Positions 7,953 through 17,546 of a stretch of 42,112 bases of DNA are shown in pieces. The notes below the pieces were generated by a model. That model saw nothing but the letters and a program-made list of their open reading frames with translations. It did no database searches and was not told where the DNA came from. Position 1 is the first letter of the stretch. The number at the start of each line of letters is the position of its first letter. The stretch comes from an uncultured Thermoanaerobaculia bacterium. GTDB lineage: Bacteria; Acidobacteriota; UBA4820; DSQY01. The stretch is taken from NCBI GenBank assembly GCA_964537405.1, contig CAZIBS010000004.1, positions 1 to 42,112 on the forward strand. Reading direction: 5' to 3'. The translations under genes and the position numbers were made by a program.

Positions 7953-9206
7953 TTAAAACTTGTAGGACATCGACACACCGGCCAGCCATGCGTTTGCCTT
8001 GTAGGTTCCGGGGACGTACACGGCGTCACTCGGAACGTTCTTGTCGTCGAAACGAACGTTCATGATATAGGTGGATACGCTTAACTTACACGCAGTGTAC
8101 GTAAAACCGGTTTGGGCCGACCAGCGATTGGAATCCGGCAAAATGGGCGATGCGTACCTGTCGGGAACGGCGCTTCTGTCGTAGTAGATCCCGGCTCCCA
8201 CCTTCCAGGTCTGGTTCAAGGTGTACTCGAAGCCGAGCTTGTACTTCGCGGCTTTCTTCCATTTAACGGGCTCCTTCGTGTTGTGGACCTTTCCCCCGGG
8301 GTTATCAAAATCGATGGCAAGCGTGTTGAAGGTCGTCCAGTCGACCATGGTGATGTCTCCCTCGAGAGTCCACTTCTTTTCTATGTATGCCACGCCGATG
8401 TTGTAGGCCCTGGGAAGAGTGATGTGGGTGCTGATTCCGCCTTCGGGAAAGAGGGGACGGAAGTCCGGGCTGGTGGGGATGCGGAAGAAGTTTACGTTGC
8501 CGGTATAATCGATGGTAACCTTATCCCTGAAGTTGAAACCGACCTGCCACTTGTTTGAAAGCTTGCCCAATACGCCCAGTCCCCATCCCCATCCGTGGCC
8601 ACTGCCGGTGAGGCGGGCTATGCCGGGCTGGAGAGTCCTGGTAAGGGGTGGGGTGGAATAGGGAATTGCGGGGAAGAAGATGCCCTGCCTCAGGTACAGG
8701 GTGGAAGTAACGTAGTTCAGGTTGAGGCCCATGGCCCACTTGTCGTTGAGCTTGAAGGCTACTGACGGTGTAATGTAGATGGCCCGCTGGATCGTGCGTT
8801 CCGCTATGGCGGCTCCAGGCCAGTTGTCGCCCCATTCGGTAGCGAGTGCGTGAGGGGCGTAAGTGCCCAGGCCGAAGGTAACCGGCAGGTCGGGCTTGTA
8901 AACGACGTAGGCGTAACCGGGATAAAAATACTTCGTGGGTCCTTTGGAGGTAGGGCCGTACTTGCTGTCCCACTCCATGGTCTCCCTGATCGCGTTGACG
9001 CCGACCATCATGCCGCTGCTTTGAAAGGCCAAGCCGGCCGGATTGAAGAATATAGCGCTGGGATCGTCGGCCCTGGCCACGAAGGCGCCCGCCTGGTAAG
9101 AGGCCCTTGCGCTCTGTTCCTCAATGAGGGTTCCGGAGGCCCAGGCACCCATGGTCATACCAGCGATCGCCAGAAACAGTAGAATCTTACCCGGATTCCA
9201 TTTCAT
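7953..9206 (-). CDS. FadL/OmpP1/TodX-family outer-membrane hydrophobic-compound (long-chain fatty acid) transporter
   Basis: It has a signal peptide, the N-terminal hatch motif (AIFFNPAGLAF), an alternating beta-strand pattern, and a C-terminal aromatic residue (...MSYKF). An RBS (AGAGGAGAG) is present. It sits 19 bp upstream of, and co-oriented with, the lipase gene. Confidence 0.8.
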   Translation of the reverse strand: MKWNPGKILLFLAIAGMTMGAWASGTLIEEQSARASYQAGAFVARADDPSAIFFNPAGLAFQSSGMMVGVNAIRETMEWDSKYGPTSKGPTKYFYPGYAYVVYKPDLPVTFGLGTYAPHALATEWGDNWPGAAIAERTIQRAIYITPSVAFKLNDKWAMGLNLNYVTSTLYLRQGIFFPAIPYSTPPLTRTLQPGIARLTGSGHGWGWGLGVLGKLSNKWQVGFNFRDKVTIDYTGNVNFFRIPTSPDFRPLFPEGGISTHITLPRAYNIGVAYIEKKWTLEGDITMVDWTTFNTLAIDFDNPGGKVHNTKEPVKWKKAAKYKLGFEYTLNQTWKVGAGIYYDRSAVPDRYASPILPDSNRWSAQTGFTYTACKLSVSTYIMNVRFDDKNVPSDAVYVPGTYKANAWLAGVSMSYKF

Positions 9207-9302
9207 TACACTCTCCTCTAAGGTTTAGAACCCCATTTTTTCCACATCACGACCCATACCAATTTAGTTTAATATGATTCGGCAAAGAAGTCCATAGGGT
9301 AT

Positions 9303-9402
9303 CCCTAATCCCTTGATAAATTAAGCGCCATAGGCGCGAAACCGTGGACCGTAAAGTCTTTCCTGGCTATCCGCATCAACCATCGCGGGCGGGATTGGGG
9401 AC
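9303..9402 (+). repeat. MITE-like roughly 100-bp element with 10-bp terminal inverted repeats, copy A
   Basis: CCCTAATCCCTTGAT ... GCGCGAAACCGTGGACCG ... AGTCTTTCC ... TCCGCATCA ... CGCGGGATTGGGGAC is about 80% identical to 38174-38270. The ends CCC(T/C)AATCCC and GGGATTGGGG are reverse complements. Confidence 0.65.
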
Positions 9403-9813
9403 CAACCCGAATCCGCCACCTAACCGAGGGCCGGGGGCGGAGGGTAGGGCTTGGATGCTGGAACCTATCCCGGAATAAGACATGGCCGCGATAGATGGTG
9501 AGGAAGCGAACGAAGGCCGATGTGGTGCATCGGATGAGCAAGACGACAAAACCGGGTGCGCGGCCGGTCCCGCCCCTTCGGGTTGTCCTCCGGCCTGTCG
9601 CCTTCATTGTTCCCCCTTTTCCGAGTGTCCCCGGCACGCGTCGTCGGGACGCCTCGAATCCGTTCCGGCCGGAGGCGCAACGCGCCCGGAACTCCAGACA
9701 GGCGCAACGTGGTAGGCAGGCGAATCCCGGTTCAGGTGGTGGATCCATGAATGCTCCCCGCCTTGCCCCTTTGAGTGTGGTGCGCTATTCTCTCTGGGTC
9801 GGGAAGGGTTCGG

Positions 9814-12081
9814 ATGGCGCAAATAAGGAATGAAAAAGAGCTGAAAAATCCTCAGAAGCGGAAGAACGGGCCTCTCTATCCGTCGAACAAAGAGGCGGTC
9901 TTTTCGATAGGCCGTGAGGTGTTCGCCATCATTCTCTTCTCCGCCTCCCTCCTATCGGCGCTCTCCGTCGCCACCTTCCATCCCTACGATCCGGGCCCTT
10001 TTTCCTTCGGTACGGTGGCGCCGTCTCCTCAAAATTGGGTTGGGATAGCGGGGGCTTATTCGGCCTCGCTCATCGTTCATTTTCTGGGCCTCTGCGCTCC
10101 CTATGTGCCCATCTTTCTGGCCGTTTTAGGAATCCAGGTACTCAATCGCCGCTCCCTGGTGCGTCCATGGCGGTTGACCCTGTGGGCCTCAATGGTGCTT
10201 AGCCAGGTTACGTTCTTACAGTGGGCAATAGGCGAAATTCGCTTTTCTTTCTTCGGGCAGGAGGTTTCAGTCGCGTTGGGGGGGCTCCTCGGCTTGCTGG
10301 TGCTCAAGCTCCTCGAGGAGGAGATCGGCTTGGGCGGCGTCGTTGTCGTGCTGCCGTTGTGGGTATTGGTTACCCTGATGCTCTTCTTTCAATTTTCCTT
10401 TATGCGCCTGACCGCGCGAATCATGTCTCCCGCCGCGAAGCTGCTCTCAGCCTGGCGGGTTCGAAGAGAGAAGAAGAGGCATAGGGTTAACAGGAAGGAA
10501 AAACTCAACCAAATTAAAAGGAGGCAGGAGGAGCGAGTCGGAAAAAGGGAACGAGCCCTGAACGAGCGGCCGCTACCTATTTCAGAACGCAAGGAAACCG
10601 CTCCTGCGCTTCCCTTTGAGGCACCGCCCAACCACGGCTACCGCTTTCCGCCCGCGGATCTGCTTGATCCTCCCCGGCCTCACCCGCCAATCGATGAAAA
10701 GATTCTCAGGGAGTACGCGAATAAGATCGAAGGCCGGTTGAAGGAGTTTGACATTGAGGGCGAGGTAGTGGAGATTCATCCAGGACCGGTGGTGACGATC
10801 TTTGAGTTCAAGTCGGCGCCGGGTGTCAAGTACAGTCGAATCACCGCGCTTGAGCAGGATATAGCCATCTCCCTTAAAACCGATAGCATCCGCGTCGACA
10901 GGGTCAGTGGAAAATCCCACATCGGCATTGAGGTTCCAAACCGGAAGAGAGAACTCATCTCCTTCAGGGAACTCGTGGAATCGTCCGCCTTCGCCGAGAC
11001 CGAGGGGAAGCTTCCCCTGGCCCTGGGCAAGACGGTTGAGGGCCTTCCCTTCATAACCACGCTGGACAATATGCCGCACCTTCTCATAGCCGGAACGACC
11101 GGCTCCGGCAAGAGCGTCGGGTTGAACGCCATTATTCACAGCATCCTCTTTCGTTCGAATCCCGACGAAGTCAAGTTCATACTCGTAGATCCGAAGCAGG
11201 TTGAGCTGAAGGTTTACGAGGGGCTTCCCCACCTCCTGACGCCGGTAGTGACGGACGTAAAAAAGGCCGCCAACGCCCTGAACTGGGCGGTTAGGGAGAT
11301 GACGGAGCGTTACATGCTGCTGGCCTCCGCCAAGGTACGAAGTATAGACCAGTACAACGCCTACGTTCGCAGCCTGACCCCGCCCTCCGTTTTAGAACCC
11401 GGCGGCATCAACCGGCCGCTGCCATATATCGTAATCGTCATAGACGAACTCTACGACCTTATGGCGGTGGTGGCGCGGGATGTCGAGATGGCCATAGCCC
11501 GCCTCTCCGCGATGGCCCGCGCGGTTGGAATACACCTTATTCTGGCCACGCAGAGGCCCTCGCGCGACGTTATAACCGGCGTAATCAAAAGCAACTTGCC
11601 AAGCCGTATCGCCTTCCAGGTGCGGGAGAAGTTGGAGAGCCGTCTTATCCTCGACCAGAACGGGGCGGAGTCTCTCGAAGGCAAAGGAGATATGCTCTTC
11701 CTACCGCCGGGCTCAGGCCGCCTGATCAGAATTCACGGAGGATTTATCTCCAACGCCGAAACGCGGAGGGTTATCAAGTACCTCCGTGATCAGAGAGAAC
11801 CCGAATTCGACACCCGGATTCTCAAGGAAGGCCCCTCGCTTACCGGTGCTCCCGGCTCAACCGGAGGCGGTGAGCTGGAGGAAGACCCCCTGTACCGGGA
11901 CGCACTACGGCTTGTTGTGAAGACCGGAACGGCATCCGCAAGCAACCTCCAGCGCAAGTTGCGGATAGGTTACGCACGCGCCGCCCGTATACTGGACGTC
12001 ATGGAAAACCGGGGCATAATAGGACCCGCCGACGGCGCAAAACCGCGAGAGATACTTATAGAACCCGACGAGGTGGAGTAG
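9814..12081 (+). CDS. ftsK: DNA translocase FtsK/SpoIIIE
   Basis: It has N-terminal TM helices, a Pro-rich linker, and a motor domain with Walker A (LIAGTTGSGKSVGLNA) and Walker B (IVIVIDELYDLM). A C-terminal gamma domain is present (YRDALRLVVKTGTASASNLQRKLRIGYARAARILDVMENRGIIGP). The start was chosen at MAQIRNE (9814); the ORF track start at 9775 is possible. Confidence 0.9.
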   Translation: MAQIRNEKELKNPQKRKNGPLYPSNKEAVFSIGREVFAIILFSASLLSALSVATFHPYDPGPFSFGTVAPSPQNWVGIAGAYSASLIVHFLGLCAPYVPIFLAVLGIQVLNRRSLVRPWRLTLWASMVLSQVTFLQWAIGEIRFSFFGQEVSVALGGLLGLLVLKLLEEEIGLGGVVVVLPLWVLVTLMLFFQFSFMRLTARIMSPAAKLLSAWRVRREKKRHRVNRKEKLNQIKRRQEERVGKRERALNERPLPISERKETAPALPFEAPPNHGYRFPPADLLDPPRPHPPIDEKILREYANKIEGRLKEFDIEGEVVEIHPGPVVTIFEFKSAPGVKYSRITALEQDIAISLKTDSIRVDRVSGKSHIGIEVPNRKRELISFRELVESSAFAETEGKLPLALGKTVEGLPFITTLDNMPHLLIAGTTGSGKSVGLNAIIHSILFRSNPDEVKFILVDPKQVELKVYEGLPHLLTPVVTDVKKAANALNWAVREMTERYMLLASAKVRSIDQYNAYVRSLTPPSVLEPGGINRPLPYIVIVIDELYDLMAVVARDVEMAIARLSAMARAVGIHLILATQRPSRDVITGVIKSNLPSRIAFQVREKLESRLILDQNGAESLEGKGDMLFLPPGSGRLIRIHGGFISNAETRRVIKYLRDQREPEFDTRILKEGPSLTGAPGSTGGGELEEDPLYRDALRLVVKTGTASASNLQRKLRIGYARAARILDVMENRGIIGPADGAKPREILIEPDEVE

Positions 12082-12189
12082 CGCCTCCAACCGGCCTGTT
12101 ATTACCCGGGACGGGAAGAGGTTGACCTTTTCCCGTCCAGCGCTCCTGCCTGCGCCGCAGAACGAAGCGACGCGGGGTATGCCCGATAG

Positions 12190-12495
12190 CCCTCCCGCGG
12201 ACCTTGCGCGATAGGAGGGGCTTCCAGCCCCGAAGGGTGCTAATCCCGCACACCCATATTTCGCGGCAGGATGCCGTTCCCATGGATGATGTCCCCCTAC
12301 CGGTTGGTCCGGGGTCCAACCGTCCGATTCCGGACGCGCTTCGCTTGCCGGAATGACAGGGGAACAGTCGTTATTCCCGCACCTCCCTTCGTCATTCCCG
12401 CAAAAGCGGGAATCCACAACATTGACTGGATCCCCGATGTCTCGGGGATGACGGCACCAGGAGGGGCTTACAGCCCCGAAGGGTGTTTCTTAACC
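12190..12495. repeat. Cluster of stacked hairpin repeat units (BIME-like) in the ftsK-cvpA intergenic region
   Basis: Several perfect hairpins are present: GGGGCTTCCAGCCCC (12203), ATTCCCGCAAAAGCGGGAAT (12404-12425), CCCCGATGTCTCGGGG (12444-12459) and GGGGCTTACAGCCCC (12466-12480). The units GGAGGGGCTTACAGCCCCGAAGGGTG and TCGCGGCAGGATGCC recur at 35292-35353. CTTGCCGGAATGACAGGGGAA (12346-12366) recurs inverted at 35705-35727. Confidence 0.7.
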
Positions 12496-12599
12496 TGTTT
12501 ACGCTTTTTACTCTGCCCCCTCATTCACCATGGTGGTACACTCTTGGGCAAGGCCGTTTGGCGCCGGCCGCGGCCGAAACGCTGGAAAGGAGTGGGCGC

Positions 12600-13166
12600 A
12601 TGACCTTTTGGGATTACCTGATTTTGGTTCTTGGAGCGATCTTCGTGGTGGAGGGGCTCTTCAAAGGAGCCGTGCGGATCGCTTTCGGCCTCCTCGGCCT
12701 TTTTGCAGGCTACTTGTACGCAGGATTCGTAGCAACGCACGTCGCCCTGTACATGGGCTTCCTGCCGAAGGGTGCACGTCATCCGGTTGCGCTCTTTACC
12801 GGTTTCGTTCTCATCTTCGCCGCCTGCGTTCTGGCCGGAGTTCTTATCAACAAACTCGTAAAACACGGCGGCCTGGGACTCTTGAACCGTCTCCTGGGCG
12901 CATTTCTCGGCTTGCTCTTCATTATTTATCTCGCTGGAGGCCTCGTAAGGCTTTCCGAGCGGGTATCTCCCGCCTTCCACGACAGTCTTGTAAAAGGGCC
13001 GGTGGTGGGTTTTCTCTCCGGTTGGGCCGTTGGTCTTGAGGCACTTCTGCCCGAGCCGGTTCCGGGTTGCATTCCGCCTCCGCACGTTCCCCACCTTCCC
13101 CAAAAGGCCAAACCGTCGCAACCACACCCAAAACCAGTCTCTCCACGCCCCGGAGAAAAGGCGTGA
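12600..13166 (+). CDS. cvpA: CvpA-family membrane protein (colicin V production protein homolog)
   Basis: MTFWDYLILVLGAIFVVEGLFKGAVRIAFGLLGLFAGYLYA is a typical CvpA N-terminus, and four TM helices are predicted. An AAGGAG RBS precedes the ATG at 12600. It ends in a Pro-rich tail. Confidence 0.75.
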   Translation: MTFWDYLILVLGAIFVVEGLFKGAVRIAFGLLGLFAGYLYAGFVATHVALYMGFLPKGARHPVALFTGFVLIFAACVLAGVLINKLVKHGGLGLLNRLLGAFLGLLFIIYLAGGLVRLSERVSPAFHDSLVKGPVVGFLSGWAVGLEALLPEPVPGCIPPPHVPHLPQKAKPSQPHPKPVSPRPGEKA

Positions 13167-13188
13167 ACAACCCCTCGCTTGTCATCAT

Positions 13189-14305
13189 CATGGCTCTCCT
13201 TCTTCTCGCTCTGGTTCTTGCGCTCATCCTGACGCTCTTCAGGCTTCGCGCTTCTGTTCGGGCCGGAAACGATGGCGGCAGGGCTAAGGAAGAGCTGCTT
13301 GGCCGCGTGGCGGAGACCGACAAGCGGGTACTGGAACTCCAGGGCCTGCTGACGCAGCAACTCGCCGCTACCCAGCAGCTCCTGCAGGACCGGCTCTCCG
13401 GCCAGGAGAAGGCGCTGAGGGAACAAACCGCCCAGCAGGCAACGGCCTTCCAGGGACAAACGGGGCTGCTTCAGAAACATATGCAGGGCACGCAGAACAC
13501 CCTCTCCCTGGTAACCGAGAAGCTGGGAATGGTCCAGCAGGCATCCCGCCAAATGGTGGAGATGAGAAAAGAATGGGGAGAACTGCAACGGCTTCTCAAG
13601 GCGCCGAAGCTCCGGGGCCAGCTCGGAGAATTGGGTCTTGAAAGCCTCCTCTCCGACATTCTTCCACCCACCCGCGTGACCTACCAGTACGCCTTCAACG
13701 ACGGAAAGAAGGTGGACGCCATGATTCACCTTGAGCGTGGCTTACTGCCGATTGACGCCAAGTTTCCCATTGAGGACTTCCAGAACTACGTCGACGCTCC
13801 CAACGATCAGCGGGAGCAGAAGAGACGGGAGTTCAAGAATAACCTCAAGAAGAAAATCGATTCCATCTCGAAGCTCTACGTGAGACCCGGCGAAGGCACC
13901 TTGCCGCTGGCTCTCATGTACTTACCCGCCGAATCCCTCTACTACGAAGCTTTTGTGGCCAGGGAGCATGGGGACGAGGACCTGTGGACCTACGCCTTCG
14001 ACCGATCGGTACTACCCCTGTCCCCAGCCACCATGGTCGCCTACCTGAAGACGGTGGCAATGGGCCTCAAAGCGGCGTCGGTTGAAAAAAACGCAGGCAA
14101 GGTCCTTGAACTGCTTTCCACGCTTGAAAGGGACCTCGCCGCCTTCACAACCTCCCATGACGTTCTTGGAGGCCACATAGCCAAGGCCCACGCAAAGTTC
14201 CAGGAAAACCGGCAGGAACTCGGCGCCCTCGCGGCGCACCTTGGCCGCGCCCGGACTATAGGAGGCAAGCCCGAAGAAGAGGGCGAACCTCCCGGGGCGG
14301 ACTGA
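13189..14305 (+). CDS. rmuC: DNA recombination protein RmuC
   Basis: It has an N-terminal TM anchor (MALLLLALVLALILTLF), a long coiled-coil, and the RmuC core (GQLGELGLESLLSDILPP ... YQYAF ... VDAMIHLERGLLPIDAKFP ... LMYLPAESLYYEA). The start was taken at the ATG where the TM helix begins. Confidence 0.8.
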
Positions 14306-14426
14306 GGCAGAACTTCAACTCCTATTCCCGACACTAATAGTTGCGTATCCCGAGCGCGCTTTTCAAAGTCACTCTAATGTTGTTTAATAGACTCCGGCGC
14401 ACGGTGCGCTATAGGGTGGAAATTGT

Positions 14427-14801
14427 ATGAAAATAGCGGTAACCTCGCAGGGAAAGAATCTTGATGCTCCTGTTTCCCGGTGTTTCGGCCGCTCGTCCTA
14501 CGTCTTCGTGGCCGACACCGAAAGCCGCGTGGTCAAGATCATCGACAACCACGCCTTTGCACGGTTGAGTCTCGGCGCCGGTTCGAAGACGGCCGAGATG
14601 CTTGCTTTCCTGAGTGTACGGTGGGTGGCCACGGGTGAAATCGGACAAGAGGCCTTTGACATCCTCCACAACGGCGGCATAAAGGTGGTTGTCCGCGCTT
14701 CGGGCAGTTGCCGGGATATCCTGGACCGTCTCGACGCGGGTGGGCTCGAAGCCGCAGAAGGCCCCGCCAAACCGGTCGTGCAGCACCCCCCGAAGGAATA
14801 A
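14427..14801 (+). CDS. NifX/NifB/NafY-type dinitrogenase FeMo-cofactor-biosynthesis domain protein (stand-alone)
   Basis: The 124-aa protein reads [30 protein letters not shown] ... [38 protein letters not shown]. This is the conserved pattern of the Nitro_FeMo-Co domain. An RBS is present. Confidence 0.6.
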   Translation: MKIAVTSQGKNLDAPVSRCFGRSSYVFVADTESRVVKIIDNHAFARLSLGAGSKTAEMLAFLSVRWVATGEIGQEAFDILHNGGIKVVVRASGSCRDILDRLDAGGLEAAEGPAKPVVQHPPKE

Positions 14802-14832
14802 AGAGCGCGGAGAAGCGCCGACGGAGGAGGAT

Positions 14833-16869
14833 ATGAAGACCATCGACGAACTTTGCACCGACACCTTGAGGTTCCTGGCCGTAGACCAGATCGAAGAAGC
14901 GCATTCCGGTCATCCGGGACTCCCTCTGGGTGCGGCCCCAATGGCTTATGTTCTCTGGGACCGCTTTCTGCGCCACAATCCGGAGAATCCCAAGTGGTTC
15001 GACAGGGACCGCTTCATCCTCTCCGCCGGACACGGCTCCGCCCTACTCTATGCGCTACTCCACATGACCGGTTACAACCTTTCGCTCGACGAACTGAAAC
15101 GTTTTCGACAATTGGGTTCAAAAACTCCGGGCCACCCGGAACACAACCTGACGCCCGGCGTCGAGGCAACAACCGGTCCCCTCGGCCAGGGTTTTGCCAT
15201 GGGCGTCGGAATGGCGATTGCTGAAGCCAACCTCGCCGCCCGCTTCAACCGCCCGGGCTATGAAGTCGTAAACCACTACACCTATGCCATCGTCTCCGAC
15301 GGCGACCTGATGGAGGGCGTCTCCTCCGAGGCTGCTTCGCTCGCCGGAAGGCTGCACCTGGGCAAACTTGTCTACCTCTACGACGACAACGGAATCACCA
15401 TTGAGGGCGATACCTCGATAACCTTCACCGAAGATGTCGGGGGGCGCTTTGAATCATACGGTTGGCAGGTATTGAAGGTTGACGATGGAAACGATTTCTC
15501 CGCACTGGTGGCTGCCATCGGCGACGCACGGGAGGAACCGGAACACCCATCGCTGGTCATCGTCAAAACCCATATAGGTTTCGGCAGCCCGAAACAGGAC
15601 TCTGCCGCCGCCCACGGTTCGCCACTGGGACCAATGGCGGCCAAAGCCACAAAGGATGCCGCCGGTTGGCCTTCAGGGGAGGCCTTCCACGTGCCGGAGG
15701 AGGCCGGGGAGCACATGAGGCTCGCCATCCGGCGCGGCGAAGGATGGGAGAACCGGTGGAAGATGACCGTAGGAACCTACAGGGTGGACTACCCCGAACT
15801 CGCCGCGGCCTTCCTTGAAGCTACGGAGGGAAGGCTTCCAGAGGGCTGGGAGGAGGCGCTGCCCAACTTCGGTGTCGGGGATGGGCCAATCGCGACGAGG
15901 AATGCCTCCGGTATCGTACTGAATGCTCTCGCCGCCAGGATTCCTTCCCTCGTAGGAGGTTCCGCCGACCTCACGCCCTCGAACAAGAGTTCCATCAAGG
16001 AATCGCCGGGCTTCTTTCCAGGGAGCTACGAGGGGCGCAACCTTCACTTCGGCATTCGCGAATTCGCCATGGGCGCCGCCGTTAACGGCATAGCCCTTCA
16101 CGGCGGCCTTATTCCTTACTGCGCCACTTTTCTTGTTTTCAGCGACTACGCGAGACCCGCCCTCAGACTGGCCGCCCTCATGCAGTGTCCTTCCATTTTT
16201 CTCTTCACCCACGACAGCATCCACGTTGGAGAGGACGGCCCGACGCACCAGCCCATCGAGCAACTTATGAGTCTCAGGCTGATACCGGGTCTCTGCGTAT
16301 GGAGGCCCGCCGACGCCAATGAAACCGCCGCGGCCTGGGGTACCGCCCTGAAGCTCAAACGGCCTGCGGTCCTGGTATTAACGAGGCAGAAGCTACCCGT
16401 TCTATCGCCCGGAGCGCAGCAAATCAGCGGCGGTACGGCCAGGGGCGGCTATACCATTCGGGACGCGGGTGCAAAAAAACCCCAGGTTGTAATCGTGGCT
16501 ACCGGCAGCGAAGTTCATCTGGCCCTTGAGGCGCGTTCCGAACTCTCGGCGAAGGAGATAAGCGCCAGGGTCGTCTCAATGCCGTGCCGGGAACTTTTCG
16601 AGGAAGCGCCCACCTCTTACAAAGAAGAGATTCTACCGCCCGGAGTGCCAAGACTGGTCATAGAGGCAGGGCGTACATTGGGATGGGAGGGTTACGCGGG
16701 CGACGGGGGAGCGATCCTGGGGATAGACCGTTTCGGTGTCTCCGCGCCCGGCAACATCGTTGCGGAACACCTGGGCCTTACGGTGGACAGGGCCGTAGAA
16801 ATTGCCGTACGGCTCGTGAGCGACCATCCCGTTATTCCTCCGGTCCACTCCACCGTGCCGGAGCCGTGA
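14833..16869 (+). CDS. tkt: Transketolase
   Basis: It has the ThDP-binding motifs ([19 protein letters not shown] ... [16 protein letters not shown] ... [14 protein letters not shown] ... [18 protein letters not shown]). The GGAGGAGGAT RBS precedes the ATG at 14833; the ORF track start at 14689 is an upstream extension. Confidence 0.9.
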   Translation: MKTIDELCTDTLRFLAVDQIEEAHSGHPGLPLGAAPMAYVLWDRFLRHNPENPKWFDRDRFILSAGHGSALLYALLHMTGYNLSLDELKRFRQLGSKTPGHPEHNLTPGVEATTGPLGQGFAMGVGMAIAEANLAARFNRPGYEVVNHYTYAIVSDGDLMEGVSSEAASLAGRLHLGKLVYLYDDNGITIEGDTSITFTEDVGGRFESYGWQVLKVDDGNDFSALVAAIGDAREEPEHPSLVIVKTHIGFGSPKQDSAAAHGSPLGPMAAKATKDAAGWPSGEAFHVPEEAGEHMRLAIRRGEGWENRWKMTVGTYRVDYPELAAAFLEATEGRLPEGWEEALPNFGVGDGPIATRNASGIVLNALAARIPSLVGGSADLTPSNKSSIKESPGFFPGSYEGRNLHFGIREFAMGAAVNGIALHGGLIPYCATFLVFSDYARPALRLAALMQCPSIFLFTHDSIHVGEDGPTHQPIEQLMSLRLIPGLCVWRPADANETAAAWGTALKLKRPAVLVLTRQKLPVLSPGAQQISGGTARGGYTIRDAGAKKPQVVIVATGSEVHLALEARSELSAKEISARVVSMPCRELFEEAPTSYKEEILPPGVPRLVIEAGRTLGWEGYAGDGGAILGIDRFGVSAPGNIVAEHLGLTVDRAVEIAVRLVSDHPVIPPVHSTVPEP

Positions 16870-16871
16870 CC

Positions 16872-17420
16872 ATGGATTTTACGCATGCCCTGAAGAGGAT
16901 TTCGATTGTCGAGGGAGACATTACGCGCATCGAAGCGGACGCGATCGTGAACGCCGCCAACGGTGGTCTTCTCGGCGGCGGTGGAGTTGACGGTGCCATA
17001 CACCGCGCGGCGGGCCCCGGCCTACTCGCCGAGTGCGGGAGCCTTGGCGGGTGCGCCACCGGCGACGCAAAGGTGACCAAGGGTTACAACCTTTCCGCAA
17101 AATGGGTAATTCATACCGTAGGTCCCGTCTGGCGCGGAGGCAAGGAGGGCGAAGGGGCACTCCTCGCCTCCTGTTACCGTCGCTGCCTGGAGGTCGCTCG
17201 CGATCACGCCGTTAAGAAAACCGCCTTTCCCTCGATATCCACAGGCGTCTACGGCTATCCCATCGAAAAGGCCGGCCGCGTGGCGTTAGCCGAAACCACG
17301 TGCTTCCTTGAGGCTTCACCATTACCCGAAAGAGTGCTCTTTGTCTGCTTCGGCAAAGCGGATCTCGACGTTTATCTCCATATTTTAAAGTCGCCGCCCC
17401 ATAAACTCCTTAGAACCTGA
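16872..17420 (+). CDS. Macro-domain protein (O-acetyl-ADP-ribose deacetylase, YmdB-like)
   Basis: IVEGDITRIEADAIVNAANGGLLGGGGVDGAIHRAAGP ... IHTVGPVWRGG ... FPSISTGVYGYP are canonical macro-domain motifs. The ATG lies 3 nt after the tkt stop, so it is translationally coupled. Confidence 0.8.
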   Translation: MDFTHALKRISIVEGDITRIEADAIVNAANGGLLGGGGVDGAIHRAAGPGLLAECGSLGGCATGDAKVTKGYNLSAKWVIHTVGPVWRGGKEGEGALLASCYRRCLEVARDHAVKKTAFPSISTGVYGYPIEKAGRVALAETTCFLEASPLPERVLFVCFGKADLDVYLHILKSPPHKLLRT

Positions 17421-17546
17421 CCCCCACAGCGACTGGTTTTACAACGGGGGCCTATGCTGGTGTCCATCCGGAAAACAGGGTGGAGAGAAGCGGGGTTTCC
17501 AGTTCGGAAACTATGCTATAAGATACCAGGAAGGAGGTGGTGATAC

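Noticed and set aside
10582-11232. 216-aa and 118-aa minus-strand ORFs
   Set aside because: They lie inside and antisense to the ftsK motor domain.
12108-12145. The GGGACGGGAA ... TTCCCGTCC stem-loop after ftsK as a terminator
   Set aside because: No T-tract follows on either strand, so it is more likely part of the REP-like repeat cluster.
12271-12603. A 110-aa ORF containing IPAKAGIHNIDWIPDVSGMT
   Set aside because: It is a conceptual translation of the stacked hairpin repeats (ATTCCCGCAAAAGCGGGAAT and others) in the ftsK-cvpA intergenic region, not a gene.
12926-13729. A 267-aa minus-strand ORF
   Set aside because: It is antisense to the cvpA 3' end and rmuC, both of which have clear family signatures.
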